A stretch of DNA of 64,000 bases from an uncultured delta proteobacterium (GTDB lineage Bacteria > Desulfobacterota > Desulfobacteria > Desulfobacterales > SG8-13). A program made the position numbers and the translations under genes. Below, piece by piece: positions 59,091 to 64,000 of the stretch. Every line of letters starts with the position of its first letter. The first letter of the stretch is position 1. The stretch is taken from NCBI GenBank assembly GCA_963719015.1, contig CAVRBA010000024.1, positions 8,791-72,790 on the forward strand, read 5' to 3'. Under the pieces are notes generated by a model. It did no database searches. It worked only from the letters and a program-made list of their open reading frames with translations, and was not told where the DNA came from.

Positions 59091-59912
59091 TCATTTAGCC
59101 CCGACCTTGCTTTTGACTTTGTTTTTCAGCCACTCTATCCAAGGCTCAAATCCCTCTTCGGTCTTGGCTGACAGCTCGAAGATTGGCATGCCGGGATGGA
59201 CCTGAAGAATTGTATTGACCGCCGCTCTCCTGTCGTAGTCCAAATATGGCAGCAAGTCGATTTTGTTGAGCAGGGCAGCATCGCACTCGCGAAACATTAA
59301 CGGGTACTTTGCGGGTTTGTCTTCCCCTTCGGTTACGCTCAGAACCACTACCCGGCAGTCTTCACCGATATCGAACTCCGCCGGGCAGACCAGATTACCG
59401 ATATTCTCCACAATCAACAGGTCCAGGTTATCAAGGTCCATACCGTCGAGGGCTTTCTCAATGACATGAGCCGCCAAATGGCAGTCACCACCAAACTCGT
59501 CGGTGTTGATCTGCACAACCGGTGCCCCGCTGCAGGCCAAGCGGTCAGCATCGTTGGTGGTACAGATATCCCCCACGATCACTGCGCTGCGAATTTCCGG
59601 CATGATTCGAGTCAGCGTTTTTTCTAAGGTCGCGGTCTTTCCGGAACCGGGGCTGCTCATCATATTGAGAACAAAAACGTTTCTTTTCTTAAACAGCCTA
59701 CGGTTTTGACCGGCCATGATGTCGTTGGCATCAAGTACCCTGCGAACCACCTTGATCTCTTGGGTGCCGCTTTTGCGGTTCGACATTCCCCCACCGGTGC
59801 GGTCGCTGCGGCTCCGGTCGTGTTTGGGGGGCCGAGAAGGATCGTGGTGACAGTGAAAAACGAGTTTATCAGCGGGCAAAGCCTGATAATTTTTTATTCT
59901 TAACTGTTTCAT
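59091..59912 (-). CDS. hypB: Hydrogenase nickel incorporation GTPase HypB
   Basis: GTPase core SSPGSGKT...VENIGNLVCPAEFDIGE...NKIDL. The start is uncertain: ATG 59912 keeps an N-terminal HCHH metal motif, and ATG 59786 or GTG 59954 are alternatives. Confidence 0.85.
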   Translation of the reverse strand: MKQLRIKNYQALPADKLVFHCHHDPSRPPKHDRSRSDRTGGGMSNRKSGTQEIKVVRRVLDANDIMAGQNRRLFKKRNVFVLNMMSSPGSGKTATLEKTLTRIMPEIRSAVIVGDICTTNDADRLACSGAPVVQINTDEFGGDCHLAAHVIEKALDGMDLDNLDLLIVENIGNLVCPAEFDIGEDCRVVVLSVTEGEDKPAKYPLMFRECDAALLNKIDLLPYLDYDRRAAVNTILQVHPGMPIFELSAKTEEGFEPWIEWLKNKVKSKVGAK

Positions 59913-59974
59913 GTTTTTTTCAGTACCCTTATAAGTATGGCCTTGGCTAATCACGTTCCATGTTACAGTGTTTG

Positions 59975-60331
59975 TCAGTCATTTTCATCGCTTATTTCGA
60001 TCGATTCGATATCCAGTTCGCGGCCTGATAGTAGCTCGATCTTTCCGCTCTGACATTGATTGCAGATAAACACGGGGGATTCAACCGTCCACTTGACCCC
60101 GCAAGCGTTGCACAGTGCAATTACTGGAATTTCATCGATTACAAGCTCAGCCCCCTCAAGGGCGGTATCTTTAGCAGCCACTTCGAAACAGAAACGAAGG
60201 CTGTCGGAAACAACAGCTGATAGTTTACCGACTTTCAGATTGACCCGTAACACACGGGATTGGACGGAATTTTCAGGAATCGATGCCGTCGCAATCTCGA
60301 TGATCTGCATGGCTACCCCCATTTCGTGCAT
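59975..60331 (-). CDS. hypA: Hydrogenase maturation nickel metallochaperone HypA
   Basis: 118 aa from the internal ATG 60331 (AAGGTAAGGG SD). Starts with MHEMGVAMQII, and has two CxxC pairs (CNAC, CNQC). Confidence 0.88.
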   Translation of the reverse strand: MHEMGVAMQIIEIATASIPENSVQSRVLRVNLKVGKLSAVVSDSLRFCFEVAAKDTALEGAELVIDEIPVIALCNACGVKWTVESPVFICNQCQSGKIELLSGRELDIESIEISDEND

Positions 60332-60748
60332 CACCCTTACCTTCTTTGGAGACGAAAACGGCGGTAGAATTTGCCCTTTACCGCTCTTTTTCATAAAAAA
60401 AGTGTTTAGTGTTGTCTATTCGGTTCCGCACGGATAGGGCACGAATACCTAAAGCCAGGCACCAAACACTTGCAGGATTGTTAGTTAGTGTCCATCCATA
60501 AATGGCCCTTTTCCGCAATTCCCCGCCTGCTTCGGGACAGGTCGGCGTCAATCGGCAGAATCGTTTGTGCGGCGTACACAAGTACGCCTCCGCGCAATTC
60601 CTTGATTTTATTGAACTTGCAGAAAATTGCACATTTCTGAATCGGAAACATATTAGAGCTCTTCATAAAGTCGTGGATGGACACTAGTCAATTTTCGCGG
60701 AGCGACCACCTCCGTGGTCTTTTGTGCGGTAAAATCCGACGCATCTCT

Positions 60749-61621
60749 TTATTTGAAAACCTCAGCGCACAACTTGCCTAAGGTACCAAGGTCCTCGCAA
60801 ACATGGATACCGCTTTCCTTCATGACGGCAATTTTACTTTGGGCCGTTCCGCTGTTGCCACTGATGATTGCCCCGGCGTGACCCATGCGCCGACCGGGAG
60901 GCGCCGTCAAACCTGCAATAAACCCCACCACGGGTTTGGTCACACTTTCGGTAATGAAAGCCGCCGCCTCCTCCTCCGCGCTACCACCGATCTCCCCCAC
61001 CATGACGATCCCCTTGGTCGCAGGGTCAGACTCAAAGGCTTCTAAACAATCAATAAAATTTGTTCCGTTGACGGGGTCACCCCCAATACCGAGACAGGTC
61101 GTTTGACCGATGCCTTCCCTGGTGAGCTGATGGACCACTTCGTAGGTGAGGGTGCCTGAGCGGGAAACCACGCCGATGGGCCCACCAGGTTGATGGATCG
61201 GTCCTGGCATAATACCGACCTTACACTCACCGGGAGTGATAATGCCTGGGCAGTTGGGACCAATAAGGCGCGAGGATTTGCCTTGCATGTAATTTTTAAC
61301 CCGCATCATGTCGAGCACCGGAATTCCTTCGGTAATAGCGACGATCACCGCCAATCCGGCATCCACAGCTTCCATAATGGCGTCGGCAGCAAATGGGGGC
61401 GGTACGAATATCATGGCACAATCGGCTCCGGTTCCCTTGACGGCATCTTTCACGGTATTGAAAACCGGTACGGCATCCATTTTTTGTCCGCCTTTTCCCG
61501 GTGTAACCCCGGCCACCACAGTGGTACCGTACTCAATGCACTGCCTGGTGTGAAACATGCCTTCACGGCCGGTGATTCCCTGAACCACAATTCGCGTGTT
61601 TTTGTTTACGAAAATGCTCAT
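60749..61621 (-). CDS. sucD: Succinate--CoA ligase subunit alpha
   Basis: 290 aa. VQGITGREG, catalytic His region GHAGAIISG. Full-length match to SucD. Confidence 0.95.
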   Translation of the reverse strand: MSIFVNKNTRIVVQGITGREGMFHTRQCIEYGTTVVAGVTPGKGGQKMDAVPVFNTVKDAVKGTGADCAMIFVPPPFAADAIMEAVDAGLAVIVAITEGIPVLDMMRVKNYMQGKSSRLIGPNCPGIITPGECKVGIMPGPIHQPGGPIGVVSRSGTLTYEVVHQLTREGIGQTTCLGIGGDPVNGTNFIDCLEAFESDPATKGIVMVGEIGGSAEEEAAAFITESVTKPVVGFIAGLTAPPGRRMGHAGAIISGNSGTAQSKIAVMKESGIHVCEDLGTLGKLCAEVFK

Positions 61622-61736
61622 TGTATTTACCTCTTTCGCTTGACCGTAAAGTAGAGATATCTGAGGCTCCGCTCATTCAGTGTATGGGGATACAGTCACT
61701 CTAATTTATCCCTTTCCCCATCAATCCTCCATACCC

Positions 61737-62900
61737 TTAAAGTTGGACGATTTCAGCCACCTTCTGCGCAGCATCTTTCAAATCAACCGCAGTTGTCAGG
61801 TTCAAACCGGAATCAGCCAGGATTCTCCGGCCATCCTCCACATTGGTCCCCTCCATCCGTACGACGACCGGTACGTTGATACCGGTCTTCTTAGCAGCCT
61901 CCACAACGCCTTGCGCGAGAACATCACATCGGAGAATACCACCGAAGATATTGATGAGGATTCCCTTGACGTTCTTATCGCTGAGTATAATCCTGAACCC
62001 GTTCTCCACCATCTCGGCACTGGCGCCACCGCCAACATCCAGAAAATTGGCCGGTTCGGCCCCCGCCAGTTTGATGATATCCATGGTCGCCATAGCGAGA
62101 CCGGCACCATTGACCATGTTGCCGACGTTGCCGTCTAAATTAATATAATTCAGATTGAACTTCGATGCCTCAACCTCCAGCGGATCCTCTTCGTCCAGAT
62201 CGCGGTATTCGAGGATGTCCTTATGGCGAAAAAGGGCATTGTCATCGAAATTGACCTTGGCATCCAGCGCTATCACGGAATCCTCAACGGTCAGTACCAG
62301 TGGATTAATTTCCACCAGCGAGCAGTCATACGCTACGAACATTTTGTAGAGGTTGACCAACATACCGGAAAATGGCCTGATCGCTGCCGGTGGCAGGTTC
62401 AATCCGAATGCTGCCTCACGGCAATGGTAAGATTGAATACCCTGAAGCGGGTTGATGTACACTTTAATTATTTTCTCCGGGCTCTTCTCGGCCACGGCCT
62501 CGATGTCCATACCTCCGGCTTGGCTGACCATGATAACGATCTGAGCCGTCGACCGGTCTGGAATGATGCTCAGGTATAGTTCTTTGGCAATATTTAGCCC
62601 CTGTTCCACCAGGACCTTCTTCACCAGCCGACCCTCTGGCCCTGTCTGGTGGGTCACCAGCGTCATACCGAGAATCTGATCGGCCAAGTCTTCAGCTTCC
62701 GCAAGGGTTTTGGCCAGTTTAACACCACCCCCCTTTCCACGACCACCGGCGTGGATTTGGGCCTTTACGACCACCGGAAAACCGCCGAGGGTCTCGGCAA
62801 CAGCCTTGGCTTCCTTCGCTGAAAATGCAACCCCACCCTCAGGAACCGGCACATCGAATGTTCTGAATAACTCCTTGGCTTGATACTCGTGAATCTTCAT
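61737..62900 (-). CDS. sucC: Succinate--CoA ligase (ADP-forming) subunit beta
   Basis: 387 aa. [12 protein letters not shown]..., ATP-grasp pattern, and a C-terminal GILRCD...VVVRMEGTN. Confidence 0.95.
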   Translation of the reverse strand: MKIHEYQAKELFRTFDVPVPEGGVAFSAKEAKAVAETLGGFPVVVKAQIHAGGRGKGGGVKLAKTLAEAEDLADQILGMTLVTHQTGPEGRLVKKVLVEQGLNIAKELYLSIIPDRSTAQIVIMVSQAGGMDIEAVAEKSPEKIIKVYINPLQGIQSYHCREAAFGLNLPPAAIRPFSGMLVNLYKMFVAYDCSLVEINPLVLTVEDSVIALDAKVNFDDNALFRHKDILEYRDLDEEDPLEVEASKFNLNYINLDGNVGNMVNGAGLAMATMDIIKLAGAEPANFLDVGGGASAEMVENGFRIILSDKNVKGILINIFGGILRCDVLAQGVVEAAKKTGINVPVVVRMEGTNVEDGRRILADSGLNLTTAVDLKDAAQKVAEIVQL

Positions 62901-63219
62901 CTCCTTCGCTCCTTCCCTAAAGGCTGCGTTCTATCAATATCGGTGTCGACATTTCTGCCAACAGGTCGTTGGAAACAGAAACGGAGAACTGATGAACTTT
63001 ACGTCCGAAGGCAATGCTCGCTCCGGTTTTCATTTCATCTATTCTCCGATTCCTAAAGGTACAACCCGGCCCGGCTTGAACCGCATCAGAGGCGAGTAAT
63101 TTTCCCGTCATCAAGGCGAAGGCTGAACGGCTTTTGAGACGTAAATCTCAGACGCTTCATGAACTATTCAGAAGAAAAGCCCTGGTTGTGCGGGATAAGA
63201 GCGCCCCCAAAAAAGAAAA

Positions 63220-64000
63220 TCAGCCGATCACCGCCAGCACGTCGTTCTTTTGCACCGAGTCACCGCTGGCAAAGTTAATGGCTTTGACGGTACCGCTGAC
63301 AGGGGCCGGCAGGGCGTTTTCCATCTTCATCGCCTCGAGGATCACCACCGTTTCACCTTCACTGACCGTGTCACCCATTTTTTTCTGGTAGTTGACGATC
63401 ATGCCCGGCATCGGGGCCTTGAGCGCTGTCCCTTCAACATCGGCAGCCGCTGCCGCCGGTGCGGGAGCCGCTTCCTCGGCCCGGCTGGTGCCGATGTCGC
63501 CTTGACTGCCGGTGCAGGGGGCGCCGCCGCCGGCATGGCCATGGGTGCGGCCGGCATGGCCGGCATCTGCTGGATGTAGCTGAGCACGGGCGAACCGCCG
63601 ACTTCGTCAACACCGACCTCGAAGTAATCATCATCCACGTAGACATTGAAGGTGCGCAATGCATCACTTTTGGGCGGCCCGGCACTTTGACTGGCTTTTT
63701 CTACCACTTGCCCGGCTTTGGCTTTTTGAATCAAATCCTGTTCCTTAAGGGCTTGTGCGAGACTGCGTGGTTTGACCTCCGGCGGTGGTTCTTCTTTACC
63801 GTATTTCCATTTCAAAAACCGTTTGCCGGTCACAGGATATATCGCATAAATAATGACATCATCCAGGTCCACGGCCAATCCATCGGTTTCAGCCTTGGCC
63901 TTTTCCAATTCCGGTTCGAGCACTTCGGCCGGGCGAACAGTAATGGGTTTCTCGCCTCTTTCGTAGCCTTTAAGGGCCTTTTTCTGAACTTCCGCATCGA
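63220..64000 (-). pseudogene. Pyruvate carboxylase subunit B / oxaloacetate decarboxylase alpha-like gene, 3' part, with an apparent 1-nt frameshift in the A/P-rich linker (5' end outside window)
   Basis: The upstream frame (...ITVRPAEVLEPELEKAKAE...YFEVGVDEV...PAAAPPAPAVKATSAPAG) runs into Arg-rich nonsense and stops at 63399. A different frame is open from about 63480 (AEEAAPAPAAAAADVEGTALKAPMPGMIV...EAMKM...) and encodes the biotinyl domain ending at 63220. Confidence 0.75.

Noticed and set aside
1-64000. A search for tRNA, rRNA, tmRNA, RNase P RNA, CRISPR repeats, IS elements, integrases and prophage or defence gene islands.
   Set aside because: I saw no T-loop/acceptor signatures, regularly spaced direct repeats, transposase or integrase translations, or typical defence-system domain combinations. 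The only ABC-like ATPase (6081-6791) has no nuclease partner.

Overview
Chromosomal window with moderate GC and dense coding. The gene content looks like a deltaproteobacterium (Desulfobacterota): two sigma-54 enhancer-binding regulators, a PilQ with AMIN domains, hypAB, and a DUF4390 gene next to an NtrY/NtrX-like pair. I support about 50 protein genes. They cover central metabolism (gpmI 3' part, metXW, serS-thrC, pckG, sucCD, a frameshifted pyruvate-carboxylase-B/oxaloacetate-decarboxylase-alpha-like gene at the right edge), envelope functions (lpxC, a GT9 heptosyltransferase, ampG, an MscS-family channel), a complete pilMNOPQ operon with a TPR lipoprotein and a kinase/NtrC-type regulator pair nearby, and housekeeping genes (recN, comM, rsmD-coaD, pcm, rdgB). 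I saw no rRNA, tRNA, CRISPR array, transposase, integrase or obvious prophage or defence island. The best finding is in non-coding DNA: a clear cobalamin riboswitch with its own intrinsic terminator on the minus strand at about 18345-18610. It sits in front of a two-gene operon (16126-18259) that is not a classical B12-regulon member: an MDR alcohol-dehydrogenase-like protein lacking the catalytic GHE histidine, and a divergent TrpD-family phosphoribosyltransferase paralogue. The second finding is a roughly 105-bp structured intergenic repeat family, with 7 full copies and 1 decayed copy in 64 kb. It folds into a long hairpin plus a small hairpin module, and one copy carries a compensatory base-pair change. 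Other leads are a candidate 6S RNA upstream of the 5-formyl-THF cyclo-ligase gene, a Fur-FeoA fusion regulator behind a strong promoter with a Fur-box-like palindrome, an XRE-HTH fused to a Cys-rich two-CW-like domain, and a strong orphan promoter with a foldable RNA upstream of rdgB. All functional calls come from reading the translations and sequence by eye. No database search was run.
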